A program made the translations under genes and the position numbers. DNA of 64,000 nucleotides from the human T2T-CHM13v2.0 reference genome, Homo sapiens, in assembly GCF_009914755.1 (NCBI RefSeq), contig NC_060929.1. One strand, 5' to 3'. This document shows positions 13,726 to 28,771 of the stretch, piece after piece; the stretch's first letter is position 1, and each line of letters opens with the position of its first letter. Below the pieces are notes generated by a model. That model searched no databases. It was not told the DNA's origin and saw only the letters and a program-made list of their open reading frames with translations.

Positions 13726-13937
13726 CAATATTTCTCTATATCTAAACTTTGGCACTGCTGACATTTGGGGCTGGGTGATTCTCTTGAGGGGGCTGCCCTG
13801 CACTTTCTGGGATGTTTGGCAGTATCCCTGATCTCTACAAGGGATACCCACAGCCTCCTCCAGCTGTGACAACCAAAGATGTCTCCAGATATCAAATGTA
13901 CCTTGGGACAAAATCACACCTGGTTGAGAACCATTGC
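13726..13937. mobile_element. MER20 hAT MITE
   Basis: ggcactgctgacatttggggctgggtgattct..gtgacaaccaaagatgtctccagat..ctggttgagaaccattg. Confidence 0.85.
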
Positions 13938-14897
13938 TCTATATTCATTCCACAAAGAAACAGGACTTTCCTGATAAGAACAAACATGGACCATGTTCTT
14001 TGCAGTCCCAGGGGAAGAGAGATGGAAAAAATAAAAAGCCATGAGGCTATGTATATCCCAATGCAAGCAAGCAAAATCTATAATAAATTGCAATTTTATC
14101 TTCAAATCTCTCTTTCCACTCTTAAACTAATTTAGACTCATCCTCAGAATTGCTTACACGCCATAAAGATGACTCGTTATAGTTTATAAAATCTTTTTGA
14201 AAAAAATGACTACTCAGTTCCTTATACGCAAATGCTTGTCCCTTGTCTAAAAAACTTAGATTTGGCTGCAGTGACCACTGTGATTTTCCAAAAATATCAC
14301 ACAGCATAATATATGCACTTCATGTATCCCAAAAACACAGAGCATGTTAACAGTTGTTTACATGATGGACATGGACAATAGTCTCCTTAATGGAACACAT
14401 ATCCACATTTAATCCATTATTCGTTTGTAAATAGCACCAAACACTTGGTTATAACACAAAGCCAATTTAGTGCCTAGAGTCCTTATCCTGTCAATGAGTT
14501 CTTCAGGAAGGACAGGTCATAGCTTATACTGACTATAACAATTTTATTGTAATTTGGAGATAACAATTGATGTTTAGTATGTCTTTAGGATTTAGGGGCA
14601 GAGAAAACTCCCAGAGTCGGAATTGGGAAGAGAAAGACAAATCACGTTCCAAGTATGGCATTTGACAATCCAGCCTCTATTAATAACTAGCATACACTAT
14701 TGGTCCTCTGTTCCTCGGTATTCAAATACTAAAAAACGAAGAATGCATGAACAGGCATGCTAATCAATTAGATGAAACATGCTATGTTCTAGTCATAAAT
14801 ATAGATCTAAATTTTAAAAGCATAACTTCAGTTCTCCTAATTCTTTTCCCCATCAACATTAAGAAGATCTAAGTGCTTATGAATCTGACACCAATCA

Positions 14898-15119
<222 letters not shown>

Positions 15120-15239
15120 TTAGCTCGTGTATGAAATGTACCTGACTCTAAAAGAAAATATTTCATAAATGACTGTTCTGGTTTTCTTACATGCAGACCC
15201 ATTTAAGGGGATTTGGAAGAGATTCCCTTGAGTAAATAG

Positions 15240-15549
<310 letters not shown>

Positions 15550-15675
15550 TAGTAAATAGTTTTCAAGTGCAAACGTGTATACTACATATATTGGTTTTAT
15601 AGATTATATATACAGATCAATCTATCAACTGAAGTTACATGTTAATAAAGATTATGAAAAAATAACCTAAAATAG

Positions 15676-15945
<270 letters not shown>

Positions 15946-16912
15946 TAGTCTGATTCAGGCACAGGATTAAGCTAAATTATCAGACAAGAGAAAACAGAAT
16001 TGGATGAGTCCAATCCAAAATGTTGTGATAGCAGCCAATGTTTATATCATTATTATTTTTATTACTGTTGTTATTTTCACAATCTCTTCTTTAAAAATAG
16101 ACAGGGGCCTACATGATTCTCTGGGGATAAAAATGTAATAACATAATGACTTTATAATAGGAAATTATTTATTTAAGAAGCTAGAATTATTTGCAGAATG
16201 TTAATACATTTTATGCATTGCACTTTCTTTTTCCTGTCTCCTCCTTTTTACATCTGAGCTACTCCAAGAAGCTGGTTGTCATCTTAAGCAATATGGTTTA
16301 AAATATTTAAGTCCATTCTAAAACATTATCTTGATTGTACTGTCATACAAAGAAATATTCTTTTATTAAATCTCTCCACTCAACCAGTTAGACCATGCTG
16401 CTAACAGGACGAACTGTATGAATTCTATCCCTGCAGCAGGGAACCAATTTTTAACAGAGAAATAAAATAGCAACCTCCAAGACCACAGGTAAAAACTTGA
16501 CCCCACAAGCCACCAAAGGGCACTATTTATCCAAAGAACAGGCTGGAAGAGAAATGAGTCAGTTCTGCAACCACCTCTATTCCTCATGAAACAACTCAAA
16601 AGCATACATCCTATCAATGCCAGGTCGATGCTGTCATCTGGGAAGAGAAGACATGAAAAATGGGACAGAGAAGGAACAGACAAAGGTTAAAAGTGTCCTC
16701 AAAGATTTTAACCTCTTCTCTTTATCTTTCCTTTATCACAGTTGGTAGAGGTTGTCAAGTAAACCTTGAAACATGTTGGTGCTTCCTTTACAGCAAGTGA
16801 ATAAAATATGAAATAGAATACCTCTTGAAATGGCTTCGTTTTTATTGGAAAGATAAAGCATTCTATTTAATGTGCACTGAGCATTTTATAAATTTACATA
16901 CAGTCAGACAGA

Positions 16913-17000
16913 TTATATATACACACACAGATATATATACACATTATATATATACACACAGATATACATACACACTATATATATACACACACACACATAC
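16913..17000. repeat. Compound (TA)n/(CA)n repeat
   Basis: Alternating tatata/cacaca blocks. Confidence 0.85.
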
Positions 17001-18331
17001 TCAGAAAGACATACAGTATAATAATATACTTGTGAAGAAACCTACTCAAGTGATTGCTGATAATGAACAAACTATTGAATCCTTCTTGGCTATGTGATCA
17101 CAGTAGAAAACAATCATAGAATTAAAAATGTAAAGCCTGTTTTTCTCTCAAATTTAATTTCTTTTGTTTTATAATTCTAAACCACGTCTGCAAGGCTCAG
17201 ATAGCACAGTCCTTCTTATAAAAGTAGCCCTCTAGAATTATATTCTTTATGCAAATTAATTCGAAATCTACTAAATACCTGTAAATTAAAATTAGGAGTG
17301 TGGAGACACTGGATGGCTAAGATGAATTCAGGTAAACCTATGCTTTTGGAAAGTGATTAATAAAGGATTCATTTTAATCTGTTTTATTAACCAGTCAGGA
17401 ATTGCTCTATTAGGTGATGGCTTACACGGCATATGCCAAGTGCACCTTTTGAACAAGAACCCTAGGGAACAGGTTTAGGGGCTCTTTGCACACATGCGTG
17501 CACCTGTGCACATGTGCTTGCACACACCCTCAAACTCAGACAGGAAGGATGGACATTCCAAAGACTCATGAGTGCAGAAGGGATCCACGTCCCTCACACT
17601 AGGTCAAAAGAAAGGCTGCTGCCAGCTCTGCCCTGTCCCCAAGCCCAAAACCTCTGGAATCCCAAGCATCCCTTCCCTCCCCACTTCTGTTCTCCCAGAC
17701 CTCACCTTCACTCTGCTGATCTGCAAATCTCCTCCCACCTCCCAATCACCACTCTTCCCACCTGAGGCATTTAAATACATTTAAATACGCAGATACGCAC
17801 ACGTGATTGTGCTACTTTCCTGCTCCACACCCTACTATGGCTCCCACCATCCTTGAGAGTCTAAGACACTCCCATGACCTTGGAGGCCCTGCTGGGCTCG
17901 CCCACTCCTGCCTCACAGGCTTCTGCCTGGCCCTGGCCTGCCTCTGCTCCTGTCCTCCTGTCCCCTGGCCTGCCTGGCCCAGTGGCCTCCCACTCAAATG
18001 CGGGGCCTCAGGCTCTTTACAACTTCCTCGGGGAATCCCGTCCCAACTCCTACCCACGCAATGCCCAGTGGAGGATGACACCGTCATGCTGTGGGCCATG
18101 AGGTGACCATCTCTCGCTTCACTCTGGTAGGCTCTGAGGCCAGGGCCCCAACTCTGTTGGTCATCTTTGTCAGCTGGCTCCTACAGTTCTCCCTGACACC
18201 AGATGGACTCCACATAAACGTGTTTTGAAAGAATGAAGGTGCTAACGAATGAAGAAAGGGCTTGGACATGGACAGTGTTTCCACAGTTCTACCAGTGACT
18301 CTCAGAAGAGCAAGAGTCATTCCTAGATTAG

Positions 18332-19430
18332 CCACACAACACACACACACACACCCCCAACACACACCCCCAACACACACACACATTCACACACACACCA
18401 ACACACACACTCACACACCCAACACACACACACACACCCCCAACACACACACCCAACACACACACACCAACACACACACTCACACACCCAACACACACAC
18501 ACCCAACACACACACACTCAAACACACACCCAACACACATACACCCAACACACACACACCCAACACACATACACCCAACACACACACATTCACACACACC
18601 CAACACACACATACACTCAAACACACACCCAACACACACACCCAACACACACACCCACAACACACACTGACACACACTCACACACACCCAACATACACAC
18701 ACCCCCCAACACACACACTCACATACACTCAAACACACACCCAACACACACACCCAACACACACACACCCAACACACACACCCAACACACACACCCAACA
18801 CACACACACTCAAAACACACACCCAACACACACATACTCAGCACACACACCCAACACACACACCCCAACACAGACGTACATACACACCAAACATACCCAA
18901 CACCCAACACACTCACCCAATACACACATCCAACATGCACACAGACACCCAACACACACACACCCAAAACACACACTCAGCACACACACACCCAACACAC
19001 ACACATCCAACAGACAAATACATTCAGCACACACACCCCCAACCCCCACACACCCAACACACACATACACTCAGCACACACACCCCCCAACACACACCCA
19101 ACACATACACTCAGCACACACACCCCAACCCACACACACCCAAAACACATACACTCAGCACACACATCCCCAACACACACCCAACACACACACTGAGCAC
19201 ACACACCCAATACATATACACCCACATCATGCACACACACCCAACACACACACCAAACACACACACCCAACACACACACCCACCCCAACACACATGCACA
19301 CACACCACACACACCTAACACCCAACACACACACACCCAATACACACACCCAACATGTACACACACACATCCAACACGCTCAAACACACCCAACATACAC
19401 TCACACACCCAACACACACAGACACACACA
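18332..19430. repeat. ~1.1-kb CA-rich degenerate VNTR (unit roughly CCCAACACACACA); UG-rich on the CTNND2 sense strand
   Basis: Continuous repeats of cccaacacacacaca and variants, almost free of G. Confidence 0.97.
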
Positions 19431-20079
19431 GAGGAGTCCTTCTCCATGCTGCTAACCTGAGCAGCCTTCTCTATGCCTCCATCGCATCTCACAACTCTGT
19501 GGCTTAAGATTCTCCAGTGGCTTCCCACTGCACTTAGACAACAATCTGTGAGGGTGACGTGAAGGTGCAACATTTATGGGGAGCAACTCTGGGGCACAGT
19601 GAAAGGGAGTGAAGGAGAAAAAGCCCCGATCATTAAGCCAGACAAGACTGGAAGGTGAACGTAAGTTAGCATTCAGATCCTCTGGCCTTAAACCAGCTTC
19701 CCAGAAATTGGGTTGGAGTTGATTGTGTCTCCAGGCAGTTGACTTCTGGTTTATTCTAATTGGCAGTCCCTCAGGACTCAGTCACTGCAGCAGTTACCCA
19801 CTAAGAAAAGACTAATCTTTTCAAATGTTCTCCTCAATTTCACAAAATAGATGCTAAAAGAGCACCCTCCAGCAGAAAGTCTGGGGGAATGATTTATCTC
19901 CAAGGCTCTTTTTCTATAACAGTTTTGTTTCGCTTAGATGAGATTCCGTTTGGTTTTCTTTTTGCTGATCATGGAGATATACCCCAGAGAAATAGCAGCA
20001 GGCCTGCAGAAAATAGTCTGTCTGGATCATTTCGGCCAGAATTCAGTGTATAGTATGGTTTCTTCACATAAGGTCTTAA

Positions 20080-20340
20080 TCCTTAAGGACAAAGAGGATC
20101 CTGTAAGACAAAAAAGTTCTGGAAAGAACAAATACCAGAGGAGGGAACAGCACCTGCCAAGGTGTGGAGTCACCGGGGGTGGGGGGTCGGTTATTTGGGA
20201 AAGGGGAGCCATTCAGCATGTCTGGGGCATGGCTCTGAAGGGGATGGGGGCCTCCAGAGAGGACGGCTGTCTGGGAACAGGGGGAGTTGGAGCAGGGGCT
20301 GGAAAGCAAGTTTGAGATGAGATCATGAAAGATCATTCAT
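20080..20340 (-). mobile_element. L2 fragment
   Basis: ccagaggagggaacagcacctgccaaggt..ggggctggaaag..agatcatgaaag. Confidence 0.5.
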
Positions 20341-20734
20341 TCAAATACAAAAAAATCTGAACCTGGTCTGTGGATACTGTTGTGAAAAAGAAATCGAGTA
20401 AGATTTGTTTAGAATTACACAACAGGAAGATAATAATCTCCAGTAATAACGTGAGCGCATACTAAAAGTCAGTTGCCAAGGTTCTCTGGTCACACACTTT
20501 AATGTTCTAAACCTTAACGAACATTGTGTGGTTTATTTTCATCTTACAGAAGAGGCAACTTAAGGTGTTATTGAACTTAAGTGATGAAGCTGGAATAAAA
20601 TTCTAGTTGTCTCCTCTCGAATCCATAAATATAGCCATAAAACTATGTTGCCTGCTATAATCATTCTCTTGAAATAATGTCTAAAACAGTGATTTTTAAA
20701 AGACAATGTCTAAAGAATAAATAGCGTCTAAAAC

Positions 20735-20921
20735 AGTGCCCCTCCGAGGACATTTAGCAAAGCCTGAAGACAGTTTTGGATGGCACCCGTGGAAGGCGCT
20801 GCTGGCATCCAGTGGGTAGAGGCCAGGGAAGCAGCCAACCTTATGCAGTGCACAGGACAGTCCCCACAACAAAGAATTATTGGTCCCCAAATGCCACCAG
20901 AGCCCGAGTTGAGAAGCTCTG
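20735..20921. mobile_element. MER20 hAT MITE (opposite orientation to the 13726 copy)
   Basis: ggacatttagcaaagcctgaagacagttttgg..gctggcatccagtgggtagaggccagggaagc..cacaggacagtccccacaacaaagaattat..gttgagaagctctg. Confidence 0.85.
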
Positions 20922-21459
20922 GTCTCAACATGTACTGTATTTGATTAGTTTTGTTGAGCAAGGATGTTGTAAATCTTTCCCTCCTTGACTGTTGTACTAG
21001 AATGAGCACAGGATTTGGCATCAGAATACCTGTCAAGAAGTTCAGAATTTGAACATCTGGCTCTGTCCCTTTTATCCCATAAATACAGGACAGTCCCTTA
21101 GATCTTGCTGGCCTTGGTTTCCATGGATCAATATATAAAGAATAATACCACCTATTTTACTGCATTTCTCTTAAAATGCCAAAATAAAATAATATATATG
21201 AAAGTGCTTGATCAACTACTAAGAGCTAGATATTTTCTAGTAATTTTTACTTTAAGACTGCCAAAAGGGATACATTTCTCTTAAAATCTATGTAATACCG
21301 CTGAAGGTTTTATAAACCTTATAACCTTTCACTGATACGTATTCATTTAGACATTATACTTATTTGAAGAACTCTTAGTGTAAAGGGAGACACTGCTTCA
21401 GCTAGCAGTACAATTTGCCCTTTCAAAATAATTTCCTTTCTTCCTAACTCCCCTTGGGA

Positions 21460-21740
21460 GGCAGTGTGCTAGAGTGGGAAATGGTCTTTGGATGCAACCA
21501 GACTTGGTTCGAATCCTGCTCCACCATTAACTGTCTCTGCAGCCTTGGGCTTGGGTCTGAGTCTTGCTGGCTGGCAGGGAGGTGCTCACTGTGTAGATGA
21601 ACATCGAGTCCATCTGTCCCACTGAGATAAAAATTCCTACCTGGGAGTATTATTGGGATGATTAGAAATAATATATGTGAACCCCTTAGAGCAGTGGCTG
21701 GCACCCAGCATGGGCTCTCTAGAAATGTCAGGTATTGTAT
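21460..21740 (+). mobile_element. MIR
   Basis: cagacttggttcgaatcctgctccacc..acctgggagtattattgggatgattagaaataatatatgtgaa..cttagagcagtggctggcac. Confidence 0.7.
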
Positions 21741-22503
21741 ATAACTAAGAAGAGGAGAAATGAGAACCCTCTACAATTTCCCACAGTAGCCAAACTCGTA
21801 ACTCTCATTTGTGACTGGGCTTCACTTTAGAAATGTTAATGGAAATGGGGATATGCAAATGTAACCTTTTCTCCATTAAAACTTGTCACACAGGCCCACA
21901 ATATTGTGAGTAAATCCTCACTCTTACATGGGCTATCTGAGTTGTTAAAATCAAAACGCTCAGCACAGCTAAACAGCCAACAGTTCATGACTATGTTCAA
22001 CAGTTCATGACTGTTCTGCTGGTACGGAAACCAAAAAGTTGATGCATTGTCACAATATCTTATCAAGCTTCCCCATTGAAAAGAGTCCCAGGACAACTAG
22101 AATCCTCACAATTTCACACTATTTTCAGCAAAGCTTTATGGTGGCAGACATGGCTCACTTTGATTGCAATCTAAACTATTTCTATTGAGGGCAGGGCTGT
22201 GTGGACATTATTAAAATGTATGATAATTTTAATCCTTTAGAAACTCTAAACTCAAAATGTTTTAAAGACTGTACCGATTTTGACTTTCATATTTAGAGTC
22301 AAGAGGAAGTAGGTGATTTTGTTTTTCATTTGGGCTTATTGATGTAGTTAGGAAGGGTGCAGGGGTGATGGTCATAAGTTAGATAGATTTTTTTAAAGAA
22401 CAAAATGGAGATATTTACATTCTTGTTGACCAAAGAGAACTTATTCAACAATTAACATACAAAAGTATTAATATCTTAATCCTCATTCCTGGATAGTTTG
22501 TAA

Positions 22504-22841
<338 letters not shown>

Positions 22842-23509
22842 TAAAATTAATCACATTTTTTCAAAACACCAACATGGCTTTTATATAAACAATAGCACTA
22901 GAATTATGACTATCTGGAAAGTAAGCTCAACGGTTATACCATTTTTAAGGAAGAAATGGCCTTCTCCAAGCATATGCTAAGGAAAATTAATTCCCCAAAC
23001 TGTATCATAAACATTAATTCATTCAACCATGATTTCTGGTCCTGGCCTCATGATGGAGCAGCCACAGATCTCCCTGGAGAAGTGCTCAGCTCATGGGGGA
23101 CTAGAAGGTGCTCCACCCAGCCAGCAGCTCCTCCTTCCAATCAGATATTCCCTTCTCATATAAAATTTGTATTATTAATTATACCCAAGTTTTCACAAAA
23201 GATTGAGGCAACTCAGACAAATTATATATGAGATAAGATGACAAAACGGAAATGAAAAATCAAGTACACAAAAGAGAGAGAATTCAAATGTTATAAACAC
23301 AGGGTCAGCATTCATGCCTGATTTGCATCAAATTTGATTATTTCCTTACAAGTAGCCCTGACAACAGGAGAGAAATGAACAAAGGCGAAAAGGGGCTATT
23401 CTTGTTCGTTCAGTGAAAGGACAGAATCCCCACTGGGAATTTAGGGGGCAGGGATCTGAGACCTTTTCTACCTGTCCCTATATTTGTGATAAAGACTCTG
23501 GTTAGGACA

Positions 23510-23999
23510 CTGGGAAAGACTGAAGAGTGGCCCCCAACGTTATCCAGGTCCTAGTCCCTAGAATCTGCTAATGCTGCCTTCTATGGCCAAATGGACTTTG
23601 CAGATGTGATTCAGTATCCTGAGATGGGAGATGATCCTCGGTTAGCCAGTGGGCCCTAAATGCCATCATAAGTGTCCTAAGAAGAGGGACGCAGAGGGAG
23701 ACTGGACGCAGAAGAGGGCAATGTAACACTGACGCACGAGGCCATGCTGCTGTGCTGAGCATGGAGGAGGGGTCCACGAGCCAAGGGGTGCAAGGAATGC
23801 AGCTCTACAAGCTGGAAAAGGCCAGGACAGTTTCCCCTAGAACCTCTAAAGGGAGCCTGGCAGTACAGACACCTTGACTGCAACACAATGAATTTCTGTT
23901 GGATTTCTGGCCTCCAGAACTGTACGAGAATAAATGTGTGTTGTTTTAAGCCACCAGTTTTGTGTTAATCTGTATTAGCAGCAGCAGGAATCTAACACA
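23510..23999 (+). mobile_element. MLT1 solo LTR (MLT1D-like)
   Basis: gactttgcagatgtgatt..gagatgggagatgatcct..gggccctaaatg..gagccaagg..ttctggcctccagaactgtacgagaataaatgtgtgttgttttaagccac. Confidence 0.87.
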
Positions 24000-24482
24000 G
24001 AAGCCCATCTGACCCCAGGACACGGCCCTTTTAAGCCTGGAAAGAGACCACCCCATTAGGGCAAGAAGGTGAGAGAGGCCAAGAAGCACCACCTCTGATT
24101 CCAATTTGGAGAGTCTTCGATGTGACTTTTGATTATGAGGCCGACTCTTCCATTGATTTACTCTGACTTTCTGACCACCTCTCGTTCATCTAAGAGTTGG
24201 AAATGCAATTTCCCTGAGCTTCGGCTTATTTCAGTAGGGCCCAGTAGCTTTCACCTCTTGCCATGTTCCTGCAGGCTGCCTGCCTGCTTTGTCTAAGGAT
24301 TCAGTCAGGAACCCTCTCACTCCTCCAAACAATGTTTAATGGCCACTGCGTGTTTGTCCAATGGAATACAGTGTTGAATGGAGCAAAGGTTCCTATTCTT
24401 GGGGAGCTGACTTTCGATTGGTCACTGGTCATTAAAATTATTAAAAGAGCAGAATGTACTATTTGTCAGATAGTGATACATG

Positions 24483-24908
24483 TGTAGTGGGTTGAAGAGT
24501 GTCTCCCAGAATTCATGTCCTCCTGGAACCTTAGAACGTGACCTTATTTGGAAATAGGATCTTTGCAGATGTAATTGAGGTAAGGATGGAAATGAGATCA
24601 GACTGGATTGGGGTGGCCCCTGAGTCAAAAGAGAGTGCCCTCATAAGAGACAAAGGAAGACACAGACACAGAGAGAGGCAATGTGAAGAGGAAGGCAGGG
24701 GCTGGAGTGATGCAGCCACAAGCCCAGGGACACCGAGGATTCCGGGCACCACCAGAAGCGAGAAGAGGGGCAGGACTCTCCCTCAGCACCTCTGGAGAGA
24801 CGCTACACTGCTCACACCATGATTTTGGTCTGGCAGAATCAATTTCTGTTGTTTTGGGCCACCCAGTTGGTGGTGCTTTGCTATGGCCACCACCAGGAAA
24901 CTCATACA
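24483..24908 (+). mobile_element. MLT1 solo LTR (MLT1B/C-like) nested in an L2
   Basis: tgtagtgggttgaa..gtgaccttatttggaaataggatctttgcagatgtaatt..caggaaactcataca. Confidence 0.87.
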
Positions 24909-24989
24909 AGTTGGATGGGAAAGTAAAGCCAAGTAGAGACAGGGACACGACAGTCTGTGTGTCTGTAGGTGGGTGGGGGGGTGGGGGGT

Positions 24990-25600
24990 GGTTATTATAA
25001 ATACAGAGGCCAGGGGAGACTGCTCCGAGAAGGTGACACCGGAGCTGAGTGGAGGGAACATTCCAGAACAGGAAAACGGAAGTAACAAGCCTCTGAGGCA
25101 GGAGTGTGCCTGGCATGTCAGACAAGAGGTAAGAAGGTCACGGGGTGAAGAGAAGTGAGTCCCGGGCCCTACTGGGAGACCAACAGGGGGCCCTGATGTG
25201 TCCGACATCGCAGGCCTCTGGCTTCTGCTCCAAGACATAGGGAAGCCACTGGAACGCTGGGATCTGACTCACATTCTTAAAAGATCCCTTTGACGGTGGC
25301 TGCCTGGATGTGTGCATCTATTGACTCTCATAAACTGCAGGCCTAAAATCTTGCATTTCTTGGGTATCAATTACACCTGGATGATGCTGAGTTCTGGAAA
25401 AGGCCCCCGCTGGATGCTAGGTTAAGAACAGATTCTGAGGGGTGGGGCAGGAGCTGAGAGCAGTTGGGGGCAGATGGTGGCTCAGCCCCAGCAGGGACAG
25501 AGGGTGTTGAGAAGCACGGGCAGTCTGGATGCCCTTTGAAGGTAGAGCCTGCAGGAATTCCTGGAGGGGTGCATTTGAGTGTGAGAAAAGAAAGAGGCCC
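24990..25600 (-). mobile_element. L2 remnant
   Basis: gagaaggtgacac..cattccagaacaggaaaacggaagtaacaagcctctgaggcaggag..gggaagccactggaa..tttgaaggtagagcc. Confidence 0.6.
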
Positions 25601-26579
25601 TCTGTGAGACCCTATGCAAAGCCTACTCCACGCCTCCCACCCATATCACTGGGGGCCTGGGCCCACTACGCAGGTTAGTCAAGGAAGGCCACCTTGTGGG
25701 GACTGTGGGGACTGGGATCTCTTGTTTCACAATTAGAAGGAACAATTTCAACTAGCAAGTTTTCTCCTGGCTGGTAAAGTGAAGAGAGAAAACAGTAAAA
25801 TGATGAGAAAATTGGCTATTTCTGAACTATTATGGACACTAAGTGCCTTACATTAATCTTAGTCAAGCAATGGGCTTCTTCTCTGAATTCAATTTATTAG
25901 AAGTTAGGGGTGAGGAATGATGTAAAATGATTAGCCCCAATTTATGCTAATAGTTATCAAATTTAATTACATGTAGCTTAAATATTAACAAATTTCTGCT
26001 TCTATATAGAATATTTAGGTCCTTTAGAAGACATAAATATTCTCAAAGACCATTAGATTACAATGGATATCATCAATTATGTCATAATACCTATGCAATA
26101 TCCAATTAACTTTAAAACAGCATTTATTCATTCATTAATGCAACTAGACTTTTTCAATAAAAATATGCTACAAAATGGAAAAAATAACCTCAAACATGTA
26201 AGAATTTAGTTGCCCTGGAAATTCTAACAGGTTCTGTCTGGTGGTAACAGCCCAAGGGAAAAAATACAAATTAGTGTCCATAAACTTTACCTTGTAAAGC
26301 ATGATGACTTTATAGAAAATGTTTATGTTCACCACTATGTATCTATTTTAAAATTAACAGCCCGTGATGTTTCTTAGAAAATCACCTGGAGCTGTGAACC
26401 TGGAGTGTAAATAAGAGGGAAGGGATTTGATGCCCAAAATACTCGGATCAGGAGATTTAAGAACATTTGAGCAGTGTTTTTTACTTTGTTGATATCAGGG
26501 TAAGATCAGAATTTTGCCTCAGGATTAGATTAAGAATTTGAGAAAACCACAAAGGCCTTGGTCACCCTCAAAATGTTTT

Positions 26580-26760
26580 ATTATACATACATATATATAT
26601 ATATATGTGCATGTGGGCACATGTGTATGTATATGTGCAGATCTGTGTGTATAATATATAGTGTGTAGATATTATATATGTATAATACATATAGTATGTG
26701 TGTGTTTGTACTTATGCACACATATAATGCATATATACACATATAATATACATGTTACAG
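26580..26760. repeat. TA/TG low-complexity tract
   Basis: Degenerate (TA)n/(TG)n. Confidence 0.75.
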
Positions 26761-27489
26761 GAAACTTGATACATAGACTTAAAATACATTGTGTATAAAC
26801 CATAGACTAGAGCACACTTTCTTATAAATTAGGTAACCATACCACTTGACAATTGTCCCTGAGAAAAATATAAATGGTGCACTTGATGAATCTCTTTATG
26901 AAAACTTAACTTCTGATAGAAGCCACAATGATACAGGTAGATGCATTCTAATAACAAGAACACCATCTCTTGAGATTCCACACTAAGCTCTGTGTTTCTG
27001 GAAGTGAGAACGTGTCCTGAAGTACCTGTCACAGTGTCTTTACAATGTGAACCATGAACACATACTTTGGGGCTGACGGTTTACCGGAGTCTAGTCTTGG
27101 CTAGAACATGATTTAACAATATCCATTTTTGGTTTTCATCATCATCACCTTATCTTAGTTCTTCGAAGAATGCCAACTTAATTTATCTCAGATAATATTG
27201 AGCAGAGATACTTCCTCTAAAGAAAATCTTAATAGAATCTAACAAAATGTGGTCTAATTTGGCCTAACATTTGGTCGCTGTGCTCTCCAAAGCTGTCAGC
27301 CTCTAGTACCAAACACTGGTTCCTGCCCTCAGATTGTAGTGGGCAACACAGTGGGAGCAGAATTATCTACCAGAAAAAGCCTGTTATCTAAGAAGGAAGA
27401 GCGTACTCCTTGTTCTTGTTTTATGGGTTCATTTCCTGATAGGCCATGTGGTGTGGCATTCAGGAAGAGTGTACTTCAGAAACAAGCTG

Positions 27490-27870
27490 CTAGCAATGTC
27501 ACTGCCATCCAACCGAGGGCATCAGGATCACACCTGTGTTTGAACCAAGTTGGGCTTATTGCTCGTAATAAGAAAGGACTCACACCATGGGAAACCATGG
27601 GACATATCAGTAAGAGGGCGTTGAATAGACTGACAAAATTTGACTTGTTTTGTGTGTCTTGGGAAGATTCAAAGGAGCAAGGCTTTGTTCTGGATTGGGT
27701 GCTACGAGGATGTAGGGGAAATTTCATGGTCAGGGGGCTTGAATAATCTTATCTAGAAGGAGAAAAAACAGAGTAATGTTCAACCTGTGATTGGCCAAGA
27801 ATGAGCAGTCATTCATATCAGCCAGGCTACTGTGAGTTGTGTGGTCATTTTTGTGGTTTAGGGACCATCA
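27490..27870 (-). mobile_element. Probable ERV LTR fragment
   Basis: ccatgggaaaccatggg..cagtaagaggg..ggctttgttctggattgg..tcttatctagaagga..cagtcattcatatcagccagg resembles old ERV LTRs; family not assigned. Confidence 0.45.
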
Positions 27871-28705
27871 TATTTTCTATTCATATTTACCATTCGTATT
27901 CATATTTGACACTTCAGTATAATTTTTGAGGAATGACTTCATGGATTACATTAGATTGTTTTAACCTGAAATACATTAGGAATGGGAGGAAAGCTTTTGA
28001 GTGTGGTTATTTAGCCGCTAGAATAGTACAAAAACAAACAAAAAAAAAACCAAAAATCTAAAGCCATTTAATTAGATCTACAGTCATTAGTGTCCATGTC
28101 AAAAAAAAAAACCAAAACACACTCATCTATGTGTATTGCTTCACTTTGTCCTTAAAGAAATCCTAAAGAACATATGAATATTTGGGCATATTCTTAATAT
28201 GAGGATATAAAGGGCTGCAGTGTCCAAGTGTCCATTCATAATTATTTCTCATTACTAGACATTAAAAGCAAAGCAATTCCATAGGGATTTTCTTTGATCA
28301 TATTTCAGAGTACTTTGCTATAAAACTTTTAACTTACCTCCATTTCCAGAGTCTGCATTTCTTTAAATATAAAATGTGGAGAATATTTTCACCCTTCAGT
28401 TTGAATAAAATAACCAACAGTGGACCATGGGTGAAAAGGCTGTTGAAAGGCCCAACTATAGGTCATTGTCTTGGATGATTCTGTATCTGTACAACTGAAT
28501 ACATAAGCAAGTTTTGTTTTCAAGTGCAACAATAATAAAAAATAACGTTGATTTCAATATAATGGTACCCAATTACCTTTCATTTCTACCCATTGATAAA
28601 GTCTTAGACTAGCCTTTTTCTTACTTCTGTGTCTGCTCAACTCTAAGTAGAATGTGTGTAATTAATTTGAAAATTAATTGAAAGTTTGCGGTGAATTTAA
28701 AGGGT

Positions 28706-28706
<1 letters not shown>

Positions 28707-28771
<65 letters not shown>

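Noticed and set aside
18262-19455. 397-aa Thr/His/Pro-rich ORF and the overlapping Cys/Val ORFs
   Set aside because: These are translations of the CA-rich repeat, which lacks stop codons by composition; no gene structure supports them.
21978-22015. 20-bp tandem duplication caacagttcatgact(at)gtt
   Set aside because: Ordinary slippage duplication with no functional indication.
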